A stretch of DNA of 64,000 bases, taken from assembly GCA_002269645.1 (NCBI GenBank), contig NIVC01000056.1:372001-436000 (forward strand), given 5' to 3'. Under the pieces are notes generated by a model. The model was not told where the DNA came from. It did not search any database and saw only the letters and a list, made by a program, of their open reading frames with translations. Made by a program: the position numbers and the translations under genes. This DNA comes from Macrostomum lignano (Eukaryota). Position 1 is the first letter of the stretch. Every line of letters begins with the position of its first letter. Positions 13,601-27,390 of this stretch are shown in pieces.

Positions 13601-15079
13601 ACTCTGCGTAAGGGCTCAAGAAAAATGCCCCTAGAAAAAACCAAGCGCTTTCCATCGCAAGCAGCCAAATCCTTAGGGAAATTCCGACCAAAATAACTCA
13701 TTGCCTGCCGGCCCAGCTGGTGACTCGGGCGGGCCTCGCGTAAATCATTTTTACAGAGCCATGCAGACGCGCAGTTCGGCCCTGCAAACTGCGTGTCCGA
13801 AATTGTGTTTGCCAACCCTGCAATGGTTTTCACTTACTTTATAGCTTTACTTATATGTAAATCTGATACTACTGGCGCAGCTTCCCCTGCCTGCTAGAGC
13901 AACTGCAGCCACAAGAAGCCCAGGTCCACACCGAATCGAGACAACTTTCTTAAAGCTCAGCCGAGAATAAAGCTCTATTTGGCTTGGCGAGAGGAGAATA
14001 TTCCGGGAAGTGTTAACTATTTTGGAAATTAGAGTTTAGTGATTTTGAAGGGAGGTCAGGGAAGCTGCAGAGAATTGGGAAGCCAGGGAAACTACAGGGG
14101 ATCTTTAAGGTCAGGGAAGCTGCAGAGAATTGGGAAGCCAGGGAAACTACAGGGGATCTTTAAAGTCAGGGAAGCTGCAGAGAATTGGGAAGCCAGGGAA
14201 ACTACAGGGGATCTTTAAGGTCAGGGAAGCTGCAGAGAATTGGGAAGCCAGGGAAACTACAGGGGATCTTTAAGGTCAGGGAAGCTGCAGAGAATTGGGA
14301 AGCCAGGGAAACTACAGGGGATCTTTAAGGTCAGGGAAGCTGCAGAGAATTGGGAAGCCAGGGAAACTACAGGGGATCTTTAAGGTCAGGGAAGCTGCAG
14401 AGAATTGGGAAGCCAGGGAAACTACAGGGGATCTTTGAGGTCAGGGAAGCTGCAGAGAATTGGGAAGCCAGGGAAACTACAGGGGATCTTTGAGGTCAGG
14501 GAAGCTGCAGAGAATTGGGAAGCCAGGGAAACTACAGGGGATCTTTGAGGTCAGGGAAGCTACAGAGAATTGGGAAGCCAGGGAAACTACAGGGGATCTT
14601 TGAGGTCAGGGAAGCTGCAGAGAATTGGGAAGCCAGGGAAACTACAGGGGATCTTTGAGGTCAGGGAAGCTGCAGAGAATTGGGAAGCCAGGGAAACTAC
14701 AGGGGATCTTTGAGGTCAGGGAAGCTACAGAGAATTGGGAAGCCAGGGAAACTACAGGGGATCTTTAAGGTCAGGGAAGCTACAGAGAATTGGGAAGCCA
14801 GGGAAACTACAGGGGATCTTTAAGGTCAGGGAAGCTACAGAGAATTGGGAAGCCAGGGAAACTACAGGGGATCTTTAAGGTCAGGGATTAGGAAGAAGGC
14901 AGAACAGAGAGGGACACACCGTGAACCCTCGCATCTTCTACGAAGTCGCAGCAGACGTGGCCGGCCACCGAGTCTCCCGGAGAGAACAGACCGGCTGCGT
15001 TGTCAAGGGCGACGTCAAGGCGACGTAGTCGAGCCGTGGCTGCCGTAGCTCCGGACACAGGGGTGCCTGGGACGCCCAT
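7686..15079 (-). CDS. Alpha-arrestin (arrestin domain-containing protein), multi-exon, ~417 aa
   Basis: Well-supported exons: 15079-14920 (LDVALDNAAGLFSPGDSVAGHV), 10819-10526 (GFHQFRFHFQLPERLPSSFE...VAYCLRV), 9729-9364 (GYVPGETM...PPLPPT...IEYVVQ), 8242-8128 (LSVPVVIGTVP) and 7900-7686. Two 52-bp exons (13902-13851, 11462-11411) are tentative but phase-compatible. All junctions are GT-AG. Confidence 0.85.
8523..8750. repeat. 29-bp minisatellite in an arrestin intron
   Basis: About 8 copies of GGGGAGTTGCTGAGATGCCATGGCTCA(T/C)N. Confidence 0.9.
9929..10505. repeat. 58-bp minisatellite in an arrestin intron
   Basis: About 10 copies of GATTCATTCATCAACTCGATAGTCTGTACTTTTCCAACATGCACAGCCCCGCCTGTCA. 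Confidence 0.95.
11514..11825 (+). mobile_element. tRNA-derived SINE with CORE-like domain (copy 1)
   Basis: Box A TAGCCTAGTGG (11521) and box B GGTTCGATTCC (11565). CORE-like TGTGTCCTTGAGCAAGACACTTAAC...CTGTAAAATGGG follows; (TAT)n tail. Near-identical to the copy at 60636-61057. Confidence 0.9.
12313..12971. mobile_element. Foldback/MITE element enclosing a 16-bp tandem array (ACAAACCCGAAATATC)n
   Basis: Left end GGGGGGCATCACAAACTCGAAAAATCACAACTCCGAAAA is inverted at the right end (...TTTTCGGAGTTGTGATTGTTTGAGTTTGTGATGGCGACCC). Termini match the element at 27733-28207. No TSD seen. Confidence 0.75.
14055..14886. repeat. 55-bp minisatellite in arrestin intron 1
   Basis: About 15 near-identical copies of GTCAGGGAAGCTGCAGAGAATTGGGAAGCCAGGGAAACTACAGGGGATCTTTAAG. 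Confidence 0.95.
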
Positions 15080-15629
15080 GGGAGGCGGCTGCTGCGGCTG
15101 CTGCTGTTGCTGAGCCAACTTGCCGTCAGCTCAAATCGAACTCTGTTCTTTAAAACACCGCAGAGAAAGTGAACTCTGCCTTTTTTGAGACTTAATTCAA
15201 GGAGGAGGCGGAAATGCCATTGCTGTTTGAAAAACGTAGGAGCAACCGCAGAAGAGCTGATTAAGTTACTCCAGGCTGAAGTTGATTGGTCAAGGCGTTT
15301 TCAGGAGGGCGGATGCGCCTCTGAAAGCCGGGATTCGCCAAGCTGTTGTTGATCGATCAGGAGGGGAGAGAGAAGCTGCAGGAAAGAATATCAGTTTTGA
15401 GACCGACCGACCGACACGGAGCTGCAAGTCGGTGTCCAACGTGACCTTCAATGCTATCAAAGTAGCCGTGAATTGCAGTGCGCGGTGTCTGTGTAAATGG
15501 ATACATCTTGATAGGGATTAATCGGGAAATATCTTTCCCATGCAATTTCACTTTTCGTGCATTATGTCTATGAGCAGCATAATAATTTGATCTTTTGGTC
15601 TAAATCGCTATCTTGAGAACTATAGACAT

Positions 15630-16507
15630 CCCAACCGAGAATTAGGCGTCTGTATTGAATTAGGCGCGTCATCTGAGAATTAGGCGTCTGTATTGAATTA
15701 GGCACGTCATCTGAGAATTAGGCGTCTGTATTGAATTAGGCACGTCATCTGAGAATTAGGCGTCTGTATTGAATTAGGCACGTCATCTGAGAATTAGGCG
15801 TCTGTATTGAATTAGGCGCGTCATCTGAGAATTGGGCACGTCATCTGAGAATTGGGCACGTCATCTGAGAATTAGGCATCTCTATTGAATTAGGCACGTC
15901 ATCTGAGAATTAGGTGTCTCTATTGAATTAGGCGCGTCATCTGAGAATTAGGCGTCTCTATTGAATTAGGCGCGTCATCTGAGAATTAGGCGTCTGTATT
16001 GAATTAGGCGCGTCATCTGAGAATTGGGCACGTCATCTGAGAATTGGGCACGTCATCTGAGAATTGGGCACGTCATCTGAGAATTGGGCACGTCATCTGA
16101 GAATTAGGCATCTCTATTGAATTAGGCACGTCATCTGAGAATTAGGCGTCTCTATTGAATTAGGCGCGTCATCTGAGAATTAGGCGTCTCTATTGAATTA
16201 GGCGCGTCATCTGAGAATAAGGCGTCTCTATTGAATTAGGCGCGTCATCTGAGAATTAGGTGTCTGTATTGAATTAGGCACGTCATCTGAGAATTAGGCA
16301 TCTCTATTGAATTAGGCACGTCATCTGAGAATTAGGCGTCTGTATTGAATTAGGCACGTCATCTGAGAATTAGGCGTCTGTATTGAAATAGGCGCGTCAT
16401 CTGAGAATTAGGCGTCTGTATTGAAATAGGCGCGTCATCTGAGAATTAGGCACGTCATTTGAGAATTGGGCATCTCTATTTAATTAGGCACTTCATCTGA
16501 GAATTAA
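15630..16507. repeat. Compound 38-bp / 20-bp minisatellite
   Basis: CTGAGAATTAGGCGTCTGTATTGAATTAGGCACGTCAT units interspersed with runs of CTGAGAATTGGGCACGTCAT. Confidence 0.95.
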
Positions 16508-17078
16508 CAATTAGGCTACGACCCAGACACTTCAAATAGGGCGTCGATTGCACCTCAGTCAAATACTTGCAGAATGAGGCCCCTCATATAAAACGAATCA
16601 GTGGTCTAAACTCAGTAGACGCTCATTTTTAGTACCTTTTATTGATTTAATAAATTTGATTGAGCTTCAAATACCTTCAACGGGGTATTCGGGTGCCAGA
16701 GCATTCGTATTGAAATCGTAAGAAGAAGATTAAAAATTGAAACAGAGAGTCACTCCCAACAGTAGGGAATAATTGTATGTATCAAATGAATAGACTTTGT
16801 GCTCAGTGCAGACAGAGTAGTATGCATGCTGTGTCTTGGGGTAAAGAAATGGCCTCCATGCCAATCGCAGCAATTTTATTCTTGGTACAGTTGAAAGAAA
16901 TGAATTCGGAACTTTTCGCATTTTTCTGTTAGGCTTCAAGGCAATTAACTGTTTACGGCAAAATAATTTAACGCCGTTTTTTCCTATTCAGTCAATACTA
17001 CTAATAGTAGAGTGAATCGCTTTTAGCTGGGATTAAACTGATGTCGCTAATTCCCGGGATGCCAGCATGGAATACTTC

Positions 17079-17582
<504 letters not shown>

Positions 17583-19197
17583 TCTTCATTCAGCCAGTCG
17601 CTCAATCGATAACAGTGTATTTTCGCTCTCGTCAATCATCTTGAGGATTGGCTGGAGTTTGCAAAACTTCTAACAGGCAGCTCACACAATATTAGTTGGC
17701 TTCTATGTTGGCAAAAATTTTCTAGTTGCCTACCATAAAGTTTAGGTTTCAATCTTCGCATACACGTAGATACGTACACTAGGGAGACAGAGAAAACTGA
17801 ACTTTTAGTTGTCCATGAATTCGACAAGCAGCCATGAGGTCTAGCCCTCATTGGAAGTGAGCATACCTACTGAGCCGCTGTACAGTCTAATGCCTTGCCT
17901 CCATGAATCGACTGGGAAATGCTATTCTAAATTTTACTGTGTAGACTCTCTACCCGGCTCAAATAATTGCTGATTGCTCAGCTACCGAGTCCTGCTTCTT
18001 CTAGTGCGCTGGGTGGGTGGCTGGTTAGATCCGGCAGGGAGACGGGGAGGGGATAGACGATTTGGGAACGAAGCAGCTGCCGGAGTGTCAGGTGATTTCA
18101 GGACAAAAAGCTTTTTCAGTTTCCAGCCTGTCGCCAGCTAAAACCCACTGCAGGCTTTTATCAATTTGCCAGAGGCCGAGAGGGAGCTGCAATGCCGTTT
18201 GAAAGCTGGCTGTGTAGCCCGGATATGAAACAGACGATTGCTCCAGTGTAGAAACGTGCGAAAAATCCCATTGAAAATAATGAATGTTGAGATAGACAGG
18301 GCGCTGCTGTCAACATTTCACTGAGTGCATGGATGAATTTTCCCGAAGCAAAACAGGAGGCGTCAGCTGCAGCGGGTGGGTGTTTTTCCCCAGCCAAATC
18401 TGCAACACAGTCGCCGATTTTGGGGAAAAAATTAAATTTCGCCAATAAAAGAAGTTTGAGTACCCGCTTACCTGTTTTGGCTTCATTTTGAGTTTACAGC
18501 CTGGGCAAAATTACATTTCCGCTGGGTCCCCTGCTTACCAGCAAAAAAATAGAGAATCCATTTCACGGATTTTTTACGAGGGAGACGACATCTCAGTGAA
18601 ATCTCAGTTAAAGGGAAACCAGCCAGACAGGCAACTTTCAGGAAGTCAAAAAAGTCTGGCTAACTACTGCATGAAACTCGCAAACCCCCGTCCCAGTTCC
18701 GCAAGCAGTTTGTTTCACAGAAAAGACAATTTTTGTTGCAATCTATTCCCACAGATCATCGCTCAGGGCAAATACAGGACCTCTTCCTCGCTTGCTTGAG
18801 AGTAGAGAGCGCTCGGTTTCTGTCTCAGCTTCCTTTGGTGCCTAGCAACATCGAAAGCAGAACTGCGGGGCGATGTTAGGGGTGGGAGAGGATCCGTTGC
18901 AGGCCAAAATTTGACTCTGAGCAAACAATGCCACCCCGGAGCTGAATGGATTGCAGTTTCAGACTCGCAGTCTCATCTCCGCTTTCGCTAAGAGCTGATG
19001 GAGGCCAGAATCGCCGTGTTGGAACCGCCCCAAACCCTGGCCTATAGGCGACGGTGCGCTGAAAGCTTTAAAAAGCGGATCGCAGGCGACGCACCTCGCT
19101 TTTCGCTTCCCAACTCACCTGAAAAGCTTAGCTGGCCTACCAGTTGACATAAAACTTTTGCTGTCGATTGTCCAAATTGTCTAAATTCGATCAGGCA

Positions 19198-22100
19198 ATG
19201 TCGCAGCCAGGGGCATTGCTGCTGCTGCTGCTTCTCGCCTCGGCCTCGGTTTTCTACGTGGCTGAAGGTAGTTGCAGTCAGACCGTCTGTCCTAGCAACA
19301 CCGACTGGTGCCACCGGTTCCACCTGGTCTCCACGACACCTGGCGGTTGTAGCACGCCGCCTACAGCTTGCCAGTTCCTCAACCTGACCACGCTCCAGCT
19401 CTATCGGAGCCACATCAACGAGCTAATGACGTCCGAAAGCGGGTTGGTGACTTCCACTCACTGCTCTTAGAGTCTAGACTAGCCCTCGAAAGATTTTGGG
19501 GTCCATTGGACCCCAACGGTATCTTTAGTTAGAACAAAATCATACTAAATGTTATGTTAAAACAACCAGATGTTAGGAAAATTATTATTTTGAAGGTATT
19601 CAACCGTATAAGTCTCGTAGTTCTTATTTTTTATAAGCCGAGTTCACCAAGAGAACTTATTATATTGGGGATTCTTGGGGTCTAGTGGACCCCGTAACAA
19701 ATTTTCTATATTTATATAGTTGAAACACATAAGGTCGGTTGGGGCGGTGCAATATTTTCTAAACTTTCTAATATTTTCTATTTCTAGAATATTCCAATAT
19801 ATAGCTGATGGGTATATAAGGAGCACTTCTTGCCCTAATCTTGTGAAAATAGCTACTCTACAACAAAAGATTTCCAGCTGATTCATAGAGAAAACTACTA
19901 TACCAAGCATTTACTCAGCAAGTATTTGCGAAAATTTGCAAAATGGCTTCTTCTAGACCGATGATCGTAAGAGCTGCTAAGTCTAGAGCTCTTGAAGTGA
20001 TTGTGAACCAACTGGTTGCTCACCCAGAAGCCCATATTGACGCTGAAGTATCGGACGAAGACGAGGCTCTTTCGGATATTGCTGAAGCCGAACAAGATAT
20101 TGATTTGCCCGATGTTGAAGACGCATCTATAGTGATTCATTAAGGCCAGCATCACCTGTTGCTGCCGCAGCTGCTGCTGGTGATGTAGAAAGAGGTTATC
20201 ACAGTCCTAGTGGTCAAGTATGGCACCATGAAACTTCACGTCCTGGACAGAAGCCAGCCTGTAACATCTTGCGCAATAGACCTGGAATCACAGCTTACGC
20301 TGCAGCCGCATTCACGATGAAGAGTCGGCTTTCCACGTCATCTTTGACAATGACATGGTTGACACAATTGTGATAGAGACCAACCGCGAAGCTAGGAGAG
20401 TTCTTCGAAATGCTTGGAATCCAACTACCAGAGAGGAAATCAATGCCTTCATTGGCCTAAACATTCTTCGCGGAGTATTCAAAGGAAGCATGGAGAGCAT
20501 CGATGAGCTCTGGAGTGAGGAATTCGGAAGAAAGGTTTTCAAGAACTCCATGTCTTTGACGCGCTTCAAGACTAATTCGCCAATTTCTGCGATTTGACAA
20601 CCGCGAAACTCGAAATGCGCGACTGCAAAGAGCTAGATAAGCTTGCCGCTGTGAGGTTGCTGCTTGTCGGACTTGTCCAGAACTCACAGAAGAGTTACTT
20701 TCCCAATGAAGCTGTTACTGTAGACGAACAGCTGTTTCCCTATAGAGGAAGATGCAGCTACATGTACATAATTAGTACTAATCAGTACTCTCAGCTTCAT
20801 TGCCTAATTTCATTTAGAAAGTACAAGAATCAGTTGCTATGATCTTGATAATATGCGACTAATGTATTATGTTCGCCATTGTATTGGTAGTTTCTTTGCT
20901 TTGAACAATAAATAATCAATAAAGCATTGTTAACATGCATCAACTCAGAGGGGTCCATTGGACCCCAAATATAATAAACCGACAATTGTTTTCCGTAACG
21001 TTCGAGGCTAGAAGATAATAAAGTATCGAAAAATGTCAAAATATCTTTCTTTTTTGTTTTCAGATCTTTCTGGGTCGGAGCCACGTCCGCACCGAGCCCT
21101 GCGACACTCGGCGCCTGCTGGTCGCACAGCCTGAGCCAAGTTGCTTCGATTCCGGTCACTGGCGGCGCTACCGGCACGCTTGTGACGGTGAAGCGGGGCA
21201 CAAGCGGAGAAGTGACGTACTCGTTCGCCAACCACGGAGATTCCAACAATGCGATCTGCGAAGTCCCCATCGAGAAGAGTAACGCTATTACCACTGGCGA
21301 TAGTAAGTACTCAAGTCTAATCAAGGCCATGGCTGTGTCAGTTTCAAACAAATTCCTATTGATACAGTTGCTTTAGATAGCTTCAAAGGCAAGCCAATTC
21401 ACAAGCTATCTGCTTCACAGCCAAACTTCACAGCAGAATCGAGAAAAAAGAACCAAAACGTTTACCTTCAGAAAACAGAAAGACAATACTGACAAGAATT
21501 GTTTACCAACTATTTCTGATCATCGTAAACCGATTAGTTATCTCATACAGGAGAGTTGTTTTAACGCTTTTCACAGAGCTCTGCTACGCGGAAGTCAACA
21601 AGTGCTTCTTCCTAAATGTGACCCCCGCTCCCATGAGCACGCACTTCACGAACTGCGGAGGAATCGCCATGGCGAAGGTCGCCACCGCAGCCAACGCTAC
21701 GGAGGAAGCGGCGCTGCTGTAATCTCATCTGATGTTTAAACACACTTTCTAAGCTACTCTCTACCAGTGACGGATACAGTCAGATAGAATTCAGACTGAT
21801 CTAGCTGGTCCTCGCATCAGATACAAGTTTTCCTCAGCAATATATTCGTGTGCACATGGATAGTCCATATAAAAAACTAATACAAACTTCAAGCACTTTA
21901 TCACTGAAACCCTAAAAGTTTAGTTTTTAAACTCTGTCATTATCTCAAGGAAGGCCTTTCCTCTTCCTCTTATGGTCCAGATTTAGCTCCATCGATAGTA
22001 ATTATTGTTTCGCAGTTACGTCCGTTAAAATGTCATGCCAATGTTACACTCGATCGCAGAGACTATTTTAACTATCTGCCGAAGTCCGACACCACCAATT

Positions 22101-25000
22101 ACTTTATCAACGCTGCCGTCTGTTCTCTGCCTTACACCTTCAACTCGACTGGAGAAGTACTTCCCATGACGGAGTCTTGGAGTTACTCTCCAACAACGAA
22201 AATCAGAGACTTGAGTCAGCTCGCCTGCGCCATGATCAACGCTAGTAATGCCTTGAACTGGGAGCAGTGCCCCGCCAGCCCAACAAGCTACATCTGCTAC
22301 GAAGAAATCCGTGAGTGACGCCAGTCTTGAAACTGACTACACGTTTTTACTTCCCCAGTAACTGATAAAACTGAACTCGGTGCAATTTCAGCTCCAGCCG
22401 TGAGCGACCAGATATGTCAGAACGGCTACTGCCACAGCTTCTGGCCCATGGCTCCAAACCCAGGCATCTCGTACGAAAAGGCCAAGCAGAAGTGCAACTC
22501 GTCAATGCCGATGCGAAACGGCTTGTTGGAGCTACTGGGCGAGAGCTCGCTGCTTCCGTTCCGAGTTGTGAACGCCTCAAGGTGAGTACAGGCGTTATTT
22601 AAATGCCCCCATGGATAGAAAGTTCCATGGATATTTTATTATAAGTTCACTCTCATTTCAGCACGTCAAAGTATTTCACTGGAATTAAGAAGTCAGCTTT
22701 GAGCGCGCGACAGTTCATGTGGAATGCAAGCACATTTTCGAGTTTAAGTGTTTCTAGCGGAGCTTCTGATGACGCCGAACACTGCATAATTGCCACAAAA
22801 TCAGCATCTGCATTATCATACAGCGTCGCTGACTGCAATGTCCAACAATCCACTAAAGTAGCTTGTGGAAGCCCCGCGACTTTCGAAGCAGCGACTTCTG
22901 CCGCCAGGACATTCAAGGAAGCTGCAGCTGTGTGCAAAGGTGTTTTGAAAGAGCTACCATTCAGTGAAACAGATGTTACGAATGTGCTTACTAGTGACGG
23001 CTCCATCTGGGTGAACGCGTTTGAGTACCAGCCTTGGAACTGGTCGGACGGACAGTCCATATTCAATGAGAAAAGTCCGATCGGAGACGCCCTCGCAGTG
23101 CAGCTGCTTCAATCACCGAACGTGCGCTATAACCAAGAGCAATGCGCATATATTCAAGTGGACTCGACGAACAATGTCGCTACTCTATCTCTGGTTGTCG
23201 ATAGCTGCAACATGAATGAATCAGTAGTCTGTCAGTTCAGTAAGTACCTGATGACCATGCTTTGTGCGAAAGTGATTGTATCAGTAAATTTACACTGTTT
23301 TCTGAATTACTTTGCAGACTCTACAAAGTGCAGCGGAGTTCCGAGATACGATTACGGCTACATCAGTGGTACAGTGAGCAACAACCAGACTGATTCCTCA
23401 TTCAGCGTCGATGTTCTGAACGGAAGCTGCCCGATGGATTTGGGCACGGAGTTCGCCACACAGTCGGCCGTATTCTTTTCTTGCATCAACTACAACACTA
23501 CATACGAGGGAAACGAGACTACTATGGTGCAGTCGCAGTGCTCTATGAGCGGTCACGGACCTGATTGGTCTCCAATAATGAACTCGAACCTGTGCGTGAG
23601 CAACTTCTGTGACACGAGACAAGTAGTGGATTACTCATATCCGAACAACATTGTTTACCTGAACGCTTCTGCTGCGGATGGTTCTTCTCTCGGCAACGAT
23701 AAGCCGTACATCGAGAACGGCACAAAGATGACTCTATCCTGCAAGCCTGGAGCAAGGCTTGTCAAAGTCGATGACAACTTTGAAAAGGGCAACGCCATCT
23801 CTAACGAAGTCACGTGTCTTCAGTCGAGCTGGACTTACTCGGTTGCAAGCTTTTCCAACAGCACCACTATTCAGGTGTGCGACAAGACGACATCCTACAC
23901 TAAGCTGCTCAAATGTGAGCCAATCAGGTGCAACACGAGCGACTTCAAGTACCTGAAGTCGATTGACGATCGCATCGGAAAGCTTTTCCTAGACCAGAAC
24001 GAAATGCTGACGGTAAATTGTACAACAAACGCTAGTGCAGTGTTCAACCTCCACCCCAGCCTAAACATTAAGTGCATTCTCACCGGAGACTACACCTATG
24101 GCTACGCCATTTCCAATGTGTTTATGGGCACAAATGTAACCCAAATTTGGGACAACAGCAACATCACTCTACTCGACGAGACCATTGACGCTGTGTGTCG
24201 GTCCACTGAATTTCTGGCTTGTCCGCGAAACCACACTTGGTTGTCTGAATCGGCTCTCGAGATCACGTCTCTGAGCACAAGCTGGCCTGGGTACACTTCG
24301 AGCAGCTCAGCTTTTCCTCCGAACTCTACCTTGACACTTCGCTGCATCGAGCCGCGAGTCAGCGATCGCCTGTGGACAAGCATTGGAGAAACGAGCACGA
24401 TGCGGTGTCCAATGACCAAAGCCGACGCGAGTCTTCAATGGGAAGGTCCGAGCCTCGGTTGCAACTATGAGACTTGTCCATCGCCAGAAAGCCTCTTCCC
24501 ACCAATGTCGATGGCTACGGGGTTAAAGAGCAACCTCTCAGACGCATGGATCGCCTACTACAACTCAAGCAAATTCCCGCCTGCCAGCCAGATCTTGATT
24601 AACTGCTCGCTCGACGTGAGCGTCTTCCAAATCCTCTACTGCAACGACAGCGGCCAGTGGGTGCCTGTTCAGTACAGCTACGTGAACGACACTCTGGATC
24701 TCTGCATCGGGTCTTACATCAACTGTTCGATGGCTACGACTCCGACTCCAGTGCCGACAACGACGCTTGTAGTTGAGACCACGACTGAAACACCAACGGA
24801 AACCACCGAGGATACAACCACGGTTACGTCGAATGCGACCACAGTAACAGTACATATAACCAGCTCGACAACACCCATCACAACAACGAGTGTTGAGACA
24901 ACAGACACCACTACCGTCGAAGCATCTACTGCTGTAGAAATCACTACAGCAGAATCCATAGTCACTTCTAGCGCCGCTACCACCGCTGCAAGCACAGCCT
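19198..25000 (+). CDS. Secreted/cell-surface glycoprotein, copy 1: signal peptide, degenerate C-type-lectin-like and Cys-rich modules, Thr-rich stalk
   Basis: Phase-consistent GT-AG exons 19198-19442, 21064-21302, 21577-21718, 22060-22310, 22392-22581, 22662-23239 and 23318-25000 (~1109 aa). Signal peptide MSQPGALLLLLLLASASV; CTL-like WVNA..WNWSDG...CAYIQ...VVCQ. The 3' exons after 25000 are unresolved. Confidence 0.8.
19483..21007 (+). mobile_element. Internally deleted, frameshifted piggyBac-like transposon with CTAG target-site duplication
   Basis: Ends CCCTCGAA...TTCGAGG flanked by CTAG (19479-82, 21008-11). Transposase fragments IVIETNREA...EINAFIGLNILRGV...LWS...MSLTRF and DKLAAVR...VTVDEQLFPYRGRC (first catalytic Asp near 20723); the rest is absent. 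The paralogous intron has a single CTAG (30339-42). Confidence 0.9.
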
Positions 25001-25971
25001 GTAAGCATACGTTTTGGTTGTAATATTTTCAATGAACTCATGCCTTTTAGATCGAGAAAAAGCAGTCTAGATAATGATGGACAATGCGTCAGATTCCCTG
25101 GCAAAATCTTCAAACCCGAAATGGTAAGTTGGAAAGTTACTTTTCTTGTGTTTTTGTATCATTTGTAAATTGAAAGTTTCTTAAGAGAATAATTGGGGTA
25201 AGTAAAGGTTTATGGCAACGGTTCCATGCATTTGTTTTTGCACTTGATATGAAATACTGTCTGCAAAGGATGTCGAGCTTTTCTTCCGTGGCTCGTACGA
25301 ATCGTTTTGTTTTTTTGCTAATAATTGAGCAAGTGAACTGTGTGAATTTGGCGGAAATCAACTGAAATTACTTTCTTTACAAACTTTATACAAGTTATTG
25401 CGCATATTTTTGTATTTTTTACTTTGAATTGAGCAGAATTGTATTTATCTACAATTTACCATTTTTCCTGTACGAGCGTACAGACGATGTGCATTAATTG
25501 GAACCCATAACTGAGTTTGAGTTGTAGCAGGTTACACTTGGTTAGAAGTTTAATCTGTACTTTTTACTTCTTCTCTTCTCCACTTTAAGCTTTTGTCTGA
25601 ATATCCAGTGGGTTTCTTATTATTTCGGAAACCTGTGATTGATAATTTGAATTTATGACAAATAGAAAAAGTTTTCCAGGTGACAGACTGTTCGGTTCTT
25701 TAAAGCATGCAGCTGAAGCAGCTATAGTCGTTATTCAGTTAAGTCGAAAACTTATTTTATATTCTTAATTATTTGCAGACGGCTGTGGGCTCCCTAGCAC
25801 CCCCGGGTCTCCTCTGTCGATACCACCACCTCAGGGACGGTGATAGAGCGTGGCTCGCACAAGACCAATGAGCATGAGAAGAGCATGCACATGTACAGGT
25901 TTCAGTCCCTTAAACGTTGGCTTTCGTGTGCTTTATTAGTTACGCAATGGATAGCATGTTTCATATATAGG

Positions 25972-27021
25972 TGTTGTGGCCTGCGCCACAATGACCTTCT
26001 CCTCAACCTTTTTTGGTGCATGCGAACCGCCCGGTCTGCCGCCCTAGCCGGTTCTGTCTGGTTTGAGCTGGTTCAGCCTGGTTTTGGTTTTGGGCAGCCG
26101 GCGTGTGCGCTGATTGGCTGGCTGGGCCGGCAGACCCTCTCTTTTCTACCCCCCCCTCGTGGAGCCTTACCCAGCGCGTGTTTTGATTGGCTGGGCTGGG
26201 GTGGGGTGCTCGCGGGGTTCGGTTTGTGTGCGTTTGCGCTCAGGCCGGTTTGGCCCACTCCCCCATTTTTCTGCATACTACGCTCGTATTTATTAGCTAA
26301 CTTGGAGCCGGCAGGTGGCACGCGTGTTGGTGTGGTTAGGGCTAAACCAGCTACTGAGTAGTAAAACTACTGTAAAAGTACAATAAACTGCACGAGCCCA
26401 GTGAATCATCGAACAGTGCATTACAAGCTAATCTGTTCCACTCGCCGTCTTCGAGCTGCCAGTCCAGTTATCACGGCAAAATAGACTGCGCTATATGAGT
26501 CGATTCGACCCCGCCCGGTGAGCTAAAATTACGTTTGTTCGGGTTGCGTTCGCGTTTTTTGGGACTCTCTGCACGTGTCTCCCATCTAGCCTCGCCGCTT
26601 CACCTACTCACCTCCTCGCTCACCTGCACTCTTCGATTGGCTTGGAGTGTCTGTACGCCCCAGCCAATCCATCACCTCGTATCTCTTGATTGGTCCGGAG
26701 TGTCTGTACGCCCCGGCCAATCCCTCACATTCACCTCGCTTTCTCATTCACCTCGGTGACTCCCGGGCCAGCTCTGAGTGGCTATCCGCTCCGCTGACTG
26801 CAGCAGTACCCCGAGCCTTCCGTGACCGAGGAGTGTCTGTACGCCCCCGAGTCGCATCTCTCCCTCTTCCCCTCGGAGTGGCCACCCGCCTCGAGGAGCG
26901 CCGGCCGTTCGCCTTCTGTCTATCCCTCCGCCGCGCACCCGGGGCAGTCCCGCACCGAACCCGCTACCCGGGGAAAACAAAATGACCGGGCTAGACGAGA
27001 TCGCAGCCCGCAAGTTCAACA
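25972..27021. mobile_element. Solo LTR
   Basis: TGTTG...CAACA termini, 4-bp TSD TAGG (25968-71, 27022-25), internal AATAAA; interrupts the 16-bp satellite. Confidence 0.75.
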
Positions 27022-27390
27022 TAGGATGTTTCATATATAGCATGTTTCAAATATAGCATGCCTCATATATAGCATGTCTCATATATAGCATGTTTCATAT
27101 ATAGCGTGTTTCATATATAGCATGTTTCATAGATAGCATGTTTCATGTATAGCATGTTTCATATATAGCATGTCTCATAGATAGAATGTTTCATATATAG
27201 CATGTTTCATATATAGCGTGTTTCATATATAGCATGTTTCATAGATAGCATGTTTCATGTATAGCATGTTTCATATATAGCATGTCTCATAGATAGCATG
27301 TTTCATATATAGCATGTTTCATATACTCGTATAGCATGTTTCATATATAGCATGTTTCATAGATAGCATGTTTCATAGATAACATGTTTC
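27022..27390. repeat. 16-bp minisatellite (TAGCATGTTTCATATA)n
   Basis: About 23 copies; one more unit lies left of the LTR (25951-25970); one unit has a 6-bp insertion around 27324-27331. Confidence 0.95.

Noticed and set aside
14055-14886. CRISPR-like array (also 9929-10505 and 40615-41065)
   Set aside because: Head-to-tail repeats with no unique spacers, no cas genes, and a eukaryotic intronic context.
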